Shown here: in pieces, positions 18,598 through 33,807 of the stretch
Layout of the letters: each line of letters opens with the position of its first letter
How positions within the stretch are numbered: the stretch's first letter is position 1
Source of the DNA: Eledone cirrhosa
Lineage: Eukaryota
DNA length: 64,000 nucleotides
Direction of reading: 5' to 3'
Assembly (NCBI GenBank): GCA_964016885.1
Contig: OZ024742.1
Span: 326,802,001 to 326,866,000 of the forward strand
The notes under the pieces: model-generated
Seen by the model: the letters and a program-made list of their open reading frames with translations, nothing else
The model's database searches: none
What the model was told of the DNA's origin: nothing
Made by a program: the position numbers and the translations under genes

Positions 18598-19489
18598 AAG
18601 AAAAAGAGAGAGGAGGGGAGAGATTTAAGAGAGATTTGGCTGCTATTTCCAACAGATCAAGTTATGATACCGTAGATGTATTTGTGTGATGTGGAAGGGA
18701 TAGGTTTAGAGGGGGGGTTCTTAAATTTTCTTTTTAAAAATATTTCCTGTTTAATTCCTTCCATCTCTCCCACTACAGTCACAAGACATTTCATCTACAT
18801 GTTCACCTATCAACATATATATCTACATACACAGCTGCATATATAATTAGACTTATCTAATTTTGCATTGTTCTAACATGTTGAGGTGGATAGAGATTCC
18901 TGACCCAGAGTCACAACATCAAATCTATCTACTACACTAGTATCTATAGCACACAAATGTACTTACCCCAATTACACCTGTTTACATACACCTACACACA
19001 TACCTGCAAATATACTCACAACATACATACACACATATTCACAACACACACAGATCTTTATACAAAGGACTGTGAGAAGTAGACAGAGATGTCTGGTCCA
19101 GAGTCACATCAAATTAATCTAATTTTGTACCACTCACCGCCTACATTGGTGGGTGGCCCCTAGTAACTCTGGTGTCAAAATGGAAAGGGCAAGAACACCT
19201 ACAGATTTACTTCACCACCTGAGACATGAACTCCTGCATTTGGTGACAGATTACAGAAGAAACCTCAGCACACAAAAATGAGTTTTCCCCAAGTGCATCC
19301 ACCAACATACACTTACTAACATACGCCTACGTACACACCTGTATATGTACTCACAACATACCTACATATATATTTACAACACATACAGACCTTCGGATAA
19401 TTAGACTGTGAGAAAATAACATAAGAAATTTCAGTAAGAGAGATAAAACAAAGAAAACCTACTATAAAGGATTATAACAAAAAGAGAAA

Positions 19490-19546
<57 letters not shown>

Positions 19547-19653
19547 GAGAGAGAGTCAAACAGACAGATAAATGGGTGAGAGAGATAGAGACAGAAAGCA
19601 AAATTGAATGAGACAGAAAAAAAGAAAACAAGACAAAAACGAAAATACACACA

Positions 19654-19718
<65 letters not shown>

Positions 19719-20049
19719 CTACACACACAAAAAGACAAGATGGAGTGAAGTGAACAAATCAAAATCAAAATGAAGAGGAGACCCAGAGGAACAGGAATAG
19801 TCTTTGAGAAGGTCACAGAATGAGTGTGAACAAGTGACAAAACAGCTTTTACAATTAAATAAACCATCCATGTGTGTCTGGTTTAGGATGGGTACACCAT
19901 ATCCCTGCATGTTATCAGAAGCAATTAAAAGGGTTGGTGTCTGGAAGAGTGTCTAACCCTAAAATATTGCCTCAAAAGGTCACATCCAACCCATGCTAGC
20001 ATGGAAAAGTTGACGTAACTGACCAAAGAATGGATTATAGTTACCTAAC

Positions 20050-20262
20050 TAATAAAGGTTTCTGATTTAGGCACAAGGTCAACAATTTTAAGGGTGAGAA
20101 AAGTTGATTATATCAACCCCAGTGCTTACTAGTGCTTTATTTTATCGACCCTGTAAGGATGAAAGGCAAAGTTAACCTCGGCGGGATTTGAACTCAGACC
20201 ATAAAAGGCTGTAACTCTATGATGTTGTCTGATGCTCTACTGATACTACCAATCCACTGCCC
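20050..20262 (-). mobile_element. SINE family A
   Basis: Same A/B boxes and central domain as 11016-11203, on the reverse strand. Confidence 0.8.
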
Positions 20263-20345
20263 TTACCTAACTAATGATAAAATTAAATGAAACTCAAGTG
20301 ATGCATTTGTTTTATTGACAGTATGACCCTTCAAATGTATAACTA

Positions 20346-20422
20346 CAGGATGTCCCCAAAAAATGTATACACACTTCAACAGCATTCTAATAAATATGTG
20401 TGTATATTTTGGGGACACCCTG
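20346..20422. mobile_element. Tc1/mariner-type mini-MITE (related copies at ~40709-40749 and ~42572-42670)
   Basis: TA|CAGGATGTCCCCAAAA ... TTTTGGGGACACCCTG|TA. Confidence 0.75.
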
Positions 20423-20427
20423 TATTT

Positions 20428-20600
20428 ATATCGTACTTCCCGGCGCCGAAGACGCTTTGTCCTCAAGGACACACCCTAATTTTGACAACCAAGAATTTTG
20501 AAAAAAATAATAAACAACCTTCGGCCTCCAGGACGCATGGTAGATTTTTGAGACTTATTTTAGGAAAAAGTAGCTTCTTTGATGCCGGAAAATACAGTAT
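20428..20600. mobile_element. pogo/Tigger-like MITE, degenerate
   Basis: Imperfect TIRs TATCGTACTTCCCGGCGCCGAAGACG ... CTTCTTTGATGCCGGAAAATACAGTA. Confidence 0.55.
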
Positions 20601-21149
20601 ATAAGTGTAATCTGGTAAAGAATATGAAAAGCTGGGAGAGTAATCAATTTGTGGAAATAGTTTGTGGTGTATAAATATTTATTACACAAACTTATGGAGT
20701 TATTTAGGCACATTTGAAGGAAAAGAGAATAACCATTACCATTATCTCAAATCAGCCGTCAGTGAAAAATCTGAGATAGATGGCTAGCAGAACAAGTGTA
20801 GCTAATTGACAGCATACGTCAATGTGATAAATATATTTTATACAACACAGCAGGGGTACAGTAACTTGATATTTAAGTCGCTGGGCAGACACAAGAAAAC
20901 AGAGCTAGCCACTACTAGCATCTGAGGTGCCTGAAATAACATCCCTATTTCCCTGTGTTATTTACTGGACAAGCTCACTGAGGATCTCTTGCCAAATCCA
21001 GGTCCCATGCTGTAATTAGTTTAAGGCAGCAGAGGTTGAGTAAGAGTGTATATGTGTGATGACTGAACAAGTATCCTCCACATCCAACTAACTTACCCTT
21101 CACCTCTCGGTACAGAAACTCCACTATACTGGGCTCGCACCTGCAGGCA

Positions 21150-21510
21150 GCCAACTCCAGAGCAGATGTGATCAGGGGACCAAGAACGCCGGAAGTCTCC
21201 AATGCTACAGGCATTACCACAAACCTATCAAAGAGCAGTTAATACTTGGACAGTTTGACCTCTTTGGCCTGGCAGGCAGCAGAGCCTTGGCTGGTAGCCA
21301 AATGCACCATGTTGCCACTAGAGAAGGTGTCACAGTATGTGGCACCCCCGCACAATAAGAAGATAGTTATACCATCTGGCCATTTGTTGTTCCCTCAGTA
21401 CAGCCCCGCTGGCTCAAGCTGGGAAGGGAAGTCTACGCTGTCCAGTTCATGCTTTATGATCTCATTGAGTTCATGCTTTATGATCTCATTGAGAGTAGCA
21501 TGACAGTGGG
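21150..21510 (-). pseudogene. Relic of the restriction-like endonuclease domain of a CRE-type non-LTR retrotransposon
   Basis: Manual translation: HATLNEIIKHEL...PSQLEPAGLY*GNNKWPDGITIF...ATYCDTF...AACQAKEVKLSKY*...PVALETSGVLGP, with two stops and a 24-bp internal duplication. Confidence 0.65.
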
Positions 21511-22082
21511 TGGAAACTAAAAGAATCCACAGTGGCATGTGTGAAGACAACTGTCAGTTAGAATATGCACTTATTTACATAACTAATACTAATAGTTTAG
21601 CATTGGTGAAAACCAGCATTGGTTTGAGTATATATTAATATTTTTGAAATTTTTTTTAATTAATTGATTTATTAATAATCCTAATTGATTTCTTTGATTA
21701 TTGCCACTAGACTACTCAAATTATGAGTATATTCTGCTTTTGAAATGTATTTCAATTATCATTGAGTGAGATAGTGTATATACACAATATGCTACAGATG
21801 CACAAAGCATCTTGTGGCAATGTGTCTCTCATTGGCATTTACCGGAATTGATAATCGATTACTTGGATTGATTTCCACTTGCCTAACGTTTTTGAAACAG
21901 TACTGTCAGGAATATTACTTTTTCCACATTAAGTATATATATTTTTCCTGTTAATAATTTGTATTAAATATGCATACAAAATACTATGTGTTTCTCAAAC
22001 AACATATGAATCTTTCTCTCTCTAAATATATCTTTTGAATTTGAATTAAATATATACATATATATATAAATATATATATATA

Positions 22083-22424
22083 TCATTTTTCATTTCATTT
22101 CATTTTACGTCCACTTTTCCCTGCTTGCAAGGGTGGGACGGGAACTGATTCTGGCTTGATTTCTACAGCTGGATGCCTTTCCTAACACCAACCTCATTTA
22201 CAGTGAGTGCTGGGTGCTTTTTTGCCGTGGTACCTCCACGACCACTTTGCAGTGGAATGATAGGGACCCCAGTCCCTATCATTTCATTTCTACAGCTGAG
22301 TAAACTGGAGCAATGTGAAATAAAGTGTCTTGCTCAAGGAAACAACACATCACCCGGTCTGAGAATTGAACTCACAACCTTTCGATTGCAAGGCCAATGT
22401 TCTAACCACTAAGCCATGCGCCTA
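22083..22424 (-). mobile_element. SINE family B (RTE-tailed), flanked by (TA)n
   Basis: Near-identical to 8202-8549. Confidence 0.88.
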
Positions 22425-22649
22425 TATATATATAGTATTTCTGAGAATAGACAGAAGATCTGTTTTTTCGAGGATGTTGGTATGGAGTTGCATAATTCCT
22501 ATGGATTAGTCTCCACATCAAAAACTTTGTTCTCTGAAACAATCGTAAAACCATGGATTAATTACTGCACCTTGTTTTTTTCTTATTCCTTCATTCATCA
22601 TCACCATCATCATTTTATGTCCGCTTTTCCCTGCTTGCAAGGGTGGGAC

Positions 22650-22729
<80 letters not shown>

Positions 22730-22744
22730 ATATATATATATATA

Positions 22745-23400
22745 TATATATTAAATGATTGCGTCCAGAATATATTTTTTTACCCCGTTTGTAAAACAAG
22801 TTGGAATAAATAATACATAATTTATGTGCTAAATTTCGTGGCTGTTGATTAAATATATTTTATAGCTTATTTAAAGATCTTTAAAACTCAATTCTTTAAA
22901 ATTATCAAATGTCAACACTTCCTGTTAACGGCCATTATATTATAACACAAGGGCGGTGGATTGGCAGTATCGGTAGAGGGTCAGACGCCATGCTTTCCAG
23001 CATAGTTACGTCCCTTTACGATCTGAGTTCAAATCCCGCCGAGGTTGACTTTACCTTTCATCCTTACGGGGTCGATAAAATAAAGTACCAGTAATGCACT
23101 GGGTAATTGCTGGCCTTGTGCCTAAAGTAGAAACAATTATATTATAACACTTAGAATCGCATATATTTCAATCGCTAATTTTCTCCTAATGCAGTTTATA
23201 TATGTCTTTTTTTTAATATATCATGGATTACTGATTACAGAAGACAGTGTAACATAGGCTTTGTTCAATTTCTGTGTACATTGTCAATTACGATTTTATT
23301 TGATGTATCATATTTACACGCATATATATTTGTGTATAATATCAATATACACACTACACATGCTAGCAGAAAACCACCCATAGGGTGGTTTTTGTGCTAG
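22745..23400 (+). mobile_element. Probable short non-autonomous Helitron, carrying a nested SINE
   Basis: 3' end hairpin AAAACCACCC-ATA-GGGTGGTTTT followed by TGTGCTAG|T. The 5' end is uncertain (TATATATATTAAATG after a TA run). Confidence 0.55.
22949..23135 (+). mobile_element. SINE family A, full length
   Basis: 15-bp TSD ATTATATTATAACAC at 22934-22948 and 23136-23150. Confidence 0.92.
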
Positions 23401-24017
23401 TATATATAATTGCAAATACAAGCAGCGAAAATAGGATTCCTCTCAAGGGTCTCTGGAGTAACGTTACTCGATAGAGTGCGTAGCTCAGAGATCAGAGGGT
23501 CACTTCAGGTAGAACTGCAACTTCTCTGAATTGAGAGATGACAGCTCTGATTATATGGGTATGTGGTTAGAATGTCTCAGGAAAGAATTGTTGGATAGAT
23601 TTTATGGACAAAACCAACTGGCAGGAAACCCGCGGGTAAACCCCTTCTGAGTTCAAATCTCGCCAAGGTTAGCTTTGCCTTTCATCCTTACGGGATTGAT
23701 TAAATAAGCACTAGTAATGCACTGGAGTTGATTTAACCAATTTTCCCCTCCCCCAAAATTGCTGGCCTTGTACCTATAGTAGAAATCATTATTATTAACA
23801 GGTTGTTTTGGTTAGTGGATAAGGGTGCAGAAGGTTGTTTTAAATGTGATATTTCTTTTTCTATTTATTTATTTCAAGGAGAGGAGGTAAAAATTATGTG
23901 GGCAGACCCACGCAGGTCTGCTATGGATGTAATAGTGTTTGTGTATGTGTATATATATGTATGTGTGCATTTATATAGATCTATCTAAGCATATATATAT
24001 ATATGTGTGTGTCTACA

Positions 24018-24118
<101 letters not shown>

Positions 24119-24621
24119 ATGTGTGTGTGTGTATATATATATGTGTGTATGTGTGTGTGTAAACATCTGGATTCATATGTATATTCATATTGTACCTCTG
24201 TACGTGTGAATGTGGAGGTGTGTGCATGTATTTATGTATACAAGTGTCTGCCTACGTGTGATTGTGTGTGTCAGTCTAGCGATAAAACTTTTCAAACCTG
24301 TTTGGTTCATAACAAGAAATTCCACCATCACACCTATTGAAAACTAATAACCTAACATTCCTGATTAACAATGTGGGTCGGGTGGAGGTTGTTAAACTAA
24401 GTACCTACTCCTAGGGCAGATGCTGGGGACGGTGGCCATATACGTATGAGGCACAGTAAGAGTGAAATAGTAAAGGTGGCAATACCCGACAAAAGAAAAT
24501 ATACACACACGCACACCCACATATATATATACACACCCACATGAAAATAAAAAGCCCAATTCACAAGAACTCATCAATGGGTTGGATGGACTTGAGAAAA
24601 TAGATGATTGTGTGTGTGTGT

Positions 24622-25895
24622 ATCATCATCATCATCATCGTTTAACGGCTATCTTCCACGCTAGCATGGGTTTAGACAGGAATTGTCCCACTTGAGGCAA
24701 GATTGGTCGTCTTGCTCGTATGGGACTGTCTGGCGGGTTTTCTATGGCTGGATGCCCTTCCTAACACCAACCATGTTTACAGTGTGGACTGGGAGGTTTT
24801 TACCGGGTCATCATCATCACCGCTTTACGTCCATTCTTCCATGCTAGCATGGGTTAGACGGGTTGTCCTGTTGTGGGCAGTGTCTAGTCGGCTGACCATG
24901 CCTTGCTCATACAGGAACTGATTTTGGCTTGATTTCTATAGCTGGATGCCCTTCCTAACACCAACCTCATTTACAGTGAGTGCTGGGTGCTTTTTTTCCA
25001 TGGCGCCTACATGTCCACTTTACAGTGTGGGCTGGGTGTTTTTTTTGCCGTGTCACCTCCACGACCATTTTGCAGTGGGAGGGTGTGAGGGCATATTGTC
25101 TATATGCTTCATCTTGTACCCATGGGAGGTCGGGTACTCTGTATTACTGCGTGACGCCAGAGGTCACGGTCGTGTGTCATCGCCTTTGAGAGGTGTAATT
25201 CGGTAAGGTCGGCTTTTATCACCTCATCCCAGGTCTTCTTGGGTCTCCCCACTCCACGGTTTCCATCGACTTCTAGTACTCTGCACCTTTTTATGCAGCT
25301 GTCATCCTTCGTACGCATCACATGTCCATACCAACGCAACCGCCTATCCTGCACACAGCATTTGATTCCTCTTATGCTCAGTCTATCTCTCAATTCATTT
25401 ATGCTTTGCCATTCGCGTATAATACTATTACACATCCATTGGAGCATGCAGGCTTCGTTTCTTTCTAATCTGCATAAGTCTTCCACCTTCAGCGCCCAGG
25501 TCTCACTACCGTGTAACATTGCTGTTCGTATACACGCATCATACAGTCTGCCTTTCATTTTGAGGGAAAAGCCTTTTGCAGCAAGCAGTGGCAGTAGTTC
25601 CCTAAACTTCTTCCATCACGTTCTTACCCTAGTTATTGTACTTTCTGAACACCCACCTCCGCTGCTAATTTGGTCACCGAGGTAGCAGAAGCTGTCTACT
25701 GTTTCTACAGAGCCTTCCCAGAGATTGGTGGTACTTGTTTCCTGTGGCTGTTTGCTGCTTGCTGTCCCAGCACAGCTGCTACATGTGAAGCCTACATTCT
25801 TAATTAAGTTTCCTGAGATCCCGCTACATCTCTTGTGTACCCATTGTTTGCATTTGGGGCAGAGAATGGAGTTCCTACCTACACCTTTCCTACAT
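24622..25895 (-). mobile_element. 5'-truncated RTE LINE (RT C-terminus + 3'UTR + (GAT)n), with a second RTE 3' tail at 24622-24808
   Basis: ORF 25109-25558 [20 protein letters not shown]...[10 protein letters not shown]...GRPKKTW; the 5' end abuts a TA run at ~25896. Confidence 0.9.
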
Positions 25896-25906
25896 ATATA
25901 TATATG

Positions 25907-26207
25907 CCTGACGGTTTGAACTTTACAACAACCCCTGCTTCTTTGAGGTCAAATACCAACCTTACTAGCATCTACAAACTGACCAATGAGAATTAAGACT
26001 ATTCCTGCTGACAACATTAAATTATTCCTAACAAGCTCATGTGTCCCAAGGCTCTGATACCATCAACACTATAAACACAGAGCAGGCATATCTAAGAGCT
26101 GACTAACTGCTTGATGAGGTCATAGCCATTCAATGACTATCATCGAAATATATATAGCAGTAAATAAAGGATTATGAGTTCATGCAATTGACTTATGTTT
26201 TGTCACT
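25907..26207 (+). mobile_element. Penelope-like element 3' fragment with a mutated hammerhead
   Basis: Begins PDGLN, resembling the PLE GIY-YIG C-terminal motif. Contains ACTGC-TTGATGA-stem II-GAAATATATATA-GCAGT at 26106-26161. Flanked by TA runs. Confidence 0.55.
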
Positions 26208-26264
26208 ATATATATATATATATATGTGTGTATGTATAGGCATATATATATATATATATATATG

Positions 26265-26295
<31 letters not shown>

Positions 26296-26381
26296 ATGTA
26301 TGTATATGTATATATATATGCATATATATATATATATATGTGTAAGTATATATATATGTATCATCATTATTTTCATCATTC

Positions 26382-26567
26382 AGGGCGGTGGATTGGCAGT
26401 ATCGGTAGAGGGTCGGACGCCATGCTTTCCAGCATAGTTACGTCCCTTTACGATCTGAGTTCAAATCCCGCCGAGGTTGACTTTGCCTTTCATCCTTACG
26501 GGGTCGATAAAATAAAGTACCAGTAATGCACTGGGTAATTGCTGGCTTTGTGCCTAAAGTAGAAACA
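26382..26567 (+). mobile_element. SINE family A inserted into a (CAT)n LINE/SINE tail
   Basis: 15-bp TSD ATTATTTTCATCATT at 26366-26380 and 26568-26582. Confidence 0.9.
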
Positions 26568-26601
26568 ATTATTTTCATCATTTCATTTTACGTCCACTTT
26601 T

Positions 26602-26640
<39 letters not shown>

Positions 26641-26644
<4 letters not shown>

Positions 26645-26701
26645 CATACAGGTACACATACATATAAGCGGCGTTATAATAAGCGTCCGCTAAACTGATA
26701 C

Positions 26702-26758
<57 letters not shown>

Positions 26759-27190
26759 CATGCTACTGTACGTCTGTATACATATATGTATGTACGTATA
26801 CACACATACTTACATTTAAGTAAGTGCCGTACTAAGAGTGAGAAATGAAATTTCGTTTTCATTTTATTTCAACTTATCGTTTTCGGTATGCCTGACCGAT
26901 TTAACTCACTCAATATGCAAATTAGGCTGCTCAGCCGTTAATTTTCATAAGGAAAGTATATACTTTCGAACGTTCAACTATCTGGCAGATGGGTATACGG
27001 AGCTGAGGATAGCTAACAAGCTTGAAACTAGTACATCGTTCCTGTGTCAGTGTTGAACAAAAAGGTGACGTGGTTGCCTTAACACCGTACGGCATAACAT
27101 TCAGGCTGTTCAGTTTGTTTACAAACGAACAAAGCGGCGTTATAATAAGCGTCCGCTAAACTGATACGTGCATATATGTATGTGTACCTG

Positions 27191-27260
<70 letters not shown>

Positions 27261-27376
27261 CATGCTACTGTACGTCTGTATACATATATGTATGTACGTA
27301 TACACACATACTTACATTTAAGTAAGTGCCGTACTAAGAGTGAGAAATGAAATTTTGTTTTCATTTTATTTCAACT

Positions 27377-27378
<2 letters not shown>
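26641..27378 (+). mobile_element. Non-coding hammerhead-containing repeat (~1.5 units), retrozyme/PLE-like
   Basis: Same unit as 41141-42038 but with a different start point; a short inverted segment lies at 26641-26665. Confidence 0.75.
26997..27039 (+). ncRNA. Minimal type-I hammerhead ribozyme
   Basis: ACGGAG-CTGAGGA-T AGC TAACAA GCT T-GAAACTAGTA-CATCGT; predicted cleavage after GUA at 27033. Confidence 0.75.
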
Positions 27379-27415
<37 letters not shown>

Positions 27416-27420
27416 GTATG

Positions 27421-27503
<83 letters not shown>

Positions 27504-27602
27504 ATATATATGTATATATGTATGTATATATCTATATATGTATATATCTATATATGTATATATCTATATATGTATATATATATATATGTATGTATATATA
27601 TG

Positions 27603-27635
<33 letters not shown>

Positions 27636-27644
27636 GTATGTATA

Positions 27645-29148
27645 TCATCATCATCATCATCATTTTACGTCCGCTTTTCCCTGCTTGCAAGGGTGGGACG
27701 GGTCTTATTCAGCACAGCATCTCTCCACTCGTCACGGTCCCTCGTCATCTCCACCGTGAGCTTCAATGATCTGAGGTCTGTTCTCACCACCTCCGCCCAT
27801 GTTTTTCGTGGTCTACCTCTACCACGTCTTCCTTCAACTGGCATTTCCTGGCACTTCTTCACCCATCGGTCATCCTCCATGCGCATCACATGTCCATACC
27901 ACCTCAGTCTCCTCTCCCGTACACTACATTCTATCCCTCTCAGACACAGTTTCTCTCTCAACACATTTATGCTGGGTCGTTCACGCACATTTACACTGCA
28001 CATCCAACGGAGCATGCTTGCCTCATTTCTCTCCAGCCGTCGCATATCCTCTGCGGTTGCTGCCCATGTCTCACTACCATGCAGCATCGCACTCCTCACA
28101 CAGGCATCATACAACCGGCCTTTCGTACGCAGGGAGAAACCCTTCTTCGTCAACAGAGGAAGCAGCTCCCTAAACTTCTTCCAACCCGTCCTTATTCTAG
28201 ATACTATGGCCTCGGAACACCCTCCTCCCATGCTAATCTGATCTCCTAGGTACCGGAAGCTATCCACCACTTCTATAGCGCCCTCTCGCATTTGAAAAAT
28301 GTGTCTATCAGTGCGACTTCTACTGTCTAATTTCCCTGTACATCTACTGCATACATATTTCTCCCTACCTGTTAGTTTGCCTGCTATCCCGCTACATCTC
28401 TTGTGTACCCAGGACCTGCATTGTGTGCATTTTATAGAATTTATGCCAGTTCCTTTTCTGCATATCGAACATGGCCATTTCCCTGACGGAATCAGGGTTT
28501 TGTCCTCTTTTCTACTCATCAACACTTTTGTCTTAGCTAGATTCACTCTCAGTCCTCTTGCTTCCAACTGCTGTTTCCATAGCCGGAATTTATTCTCTAG
28601 CTCCTTTACTGATTCTGCTATAAGAGCCAGATCGTCAGCATAGAGAAGTTCCCATGGACAGCCAGTCTTAAACTCCTCTGTTATGGCTTGGAGGACTATA
28701 ATGAACAAGAGCGGGCTGAGGAGCGAACCCTGATGTACTCTACTTGTATCTGGAATTCCTCACTAATCTCCATTCCTACCCTGACTTTACTGAGAGTACC
28801 TCTGTACAAAGTTTGCACTGTCCTCACAAGCCATTCCTCAACACCTAGCTTCCTTAGGGACCACCAGATGACAGATCGGGGTACCCTATCAAAGGCGTTC
28901 TCTAGGTCAACAAAGGCTAAGTATAGTGGCTTATTTTTCTCTAAGAACCTCTCTTGCATTTGTCTCACCAAGAAGAGGGCATCTGTTGTACTCTTCCCAG
29001 GCACAAAACCAAACTGCATCTCATCTAGTTTGACCCTTTCTCTAATTAGTTGTGCTAAAATCCTTTCTGCCACTTTCATAACCTGATCTATCAGTTTCAT
29101 ACCCCTATAATTGCTCCTCTCCAAAGCATCCCCTTTACCTTTGTAGCA

Positions 29149-29150
<2 letters not shown>
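27645..29150 (-). mobile_element. 5'-truncated RTE LINE (RT domain, one frameshift near 28740)
   Basis: [16 protein letters not shown]...[13 protein letters not shown]...[13 protein letters not shown]; ORF 27665-28708 contains LLYADDL and a PHD-like Cys cluster, and ends directly before the (GAT)n tail. Confidence 0.95.
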
Positions 29151-32984
<3,834 letters not shown>

Positions 32985-32989
32985 TATAC

Positions 32990-33034
<45 letters not shown>

Positions 33035-33566
33035 TACTCTGCTCTATGAGAGCATCAAGTGCTCAAAGGCCTACCGCATACGGACGCTATAAGCATCCAA
33101 GACCAATTATATATATATATACATCCACACACACATTTTATTAAGTCTAAATAGTGAATCTTGTTACTCTGGAGTTTCGCCTGGTTATCACAAGGTCATC
33201 TACTTCAGTATTGAATACTTTTTTCTCTCAGCCATCAATCACATATGTGTGTTTCTGTGTGTGTGTATAGATATATATATATGTGTACATATAAAGTGTA
33301 TATATAATGTCAGTCAGGGAAATGAGTTTTTTTTTGCATTTATTGGTGTTCTTGTTGTTAGTGTTGATGTTGTTATCATTGACCTAGTTGTTTTTTGCCA
33401 TTGTAGCATTCTTTATATGCTGCCAACCACATTTTGGAATTTTTGCATAGTTGTACATCAGAAGTTCAGTTCAGAATCAAAGGAAATAAAGCCAATCAAA
33501 TAATCATAGGCCATGAGCACAGCCCCTTCCTCCAAACATAACTGATATAAGATCATATATATATAT

Positions 33567-33807
33567 GAAAGAGAGAGATTCCCGGGTTCAATCGGGGGTA
33601 ACCACAGTAAGATCAGTAAGATACTCAATATATTAGTAGAGTGTAAACATCAAATTTAATATAGAAATGGCTTCTACAGGACTAGAACTGTTTCATTTGG
33701 AAAAAAAAATCATCAGAAAGCCAACTGTTATTGTATTCCAATGACAGTTGGCTTTCCTGATGATTTCTTTTGAATGAAACAGTTCTAGTCCTGTATAAGC
33801 CATTTCT
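33567..33807. mobile_element. Inverted repeat carrying two mirror hammerhead-like motifs (Penelope-like pLTR)
   Basis: Arms at ~33663-33732 and 33740-33807. Each reads GGCTTT(C)-CTGATGA-...-GAAACAG TTCTAGTC CTGTA-(G/T)AAGCC. Confidence 0.65.
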
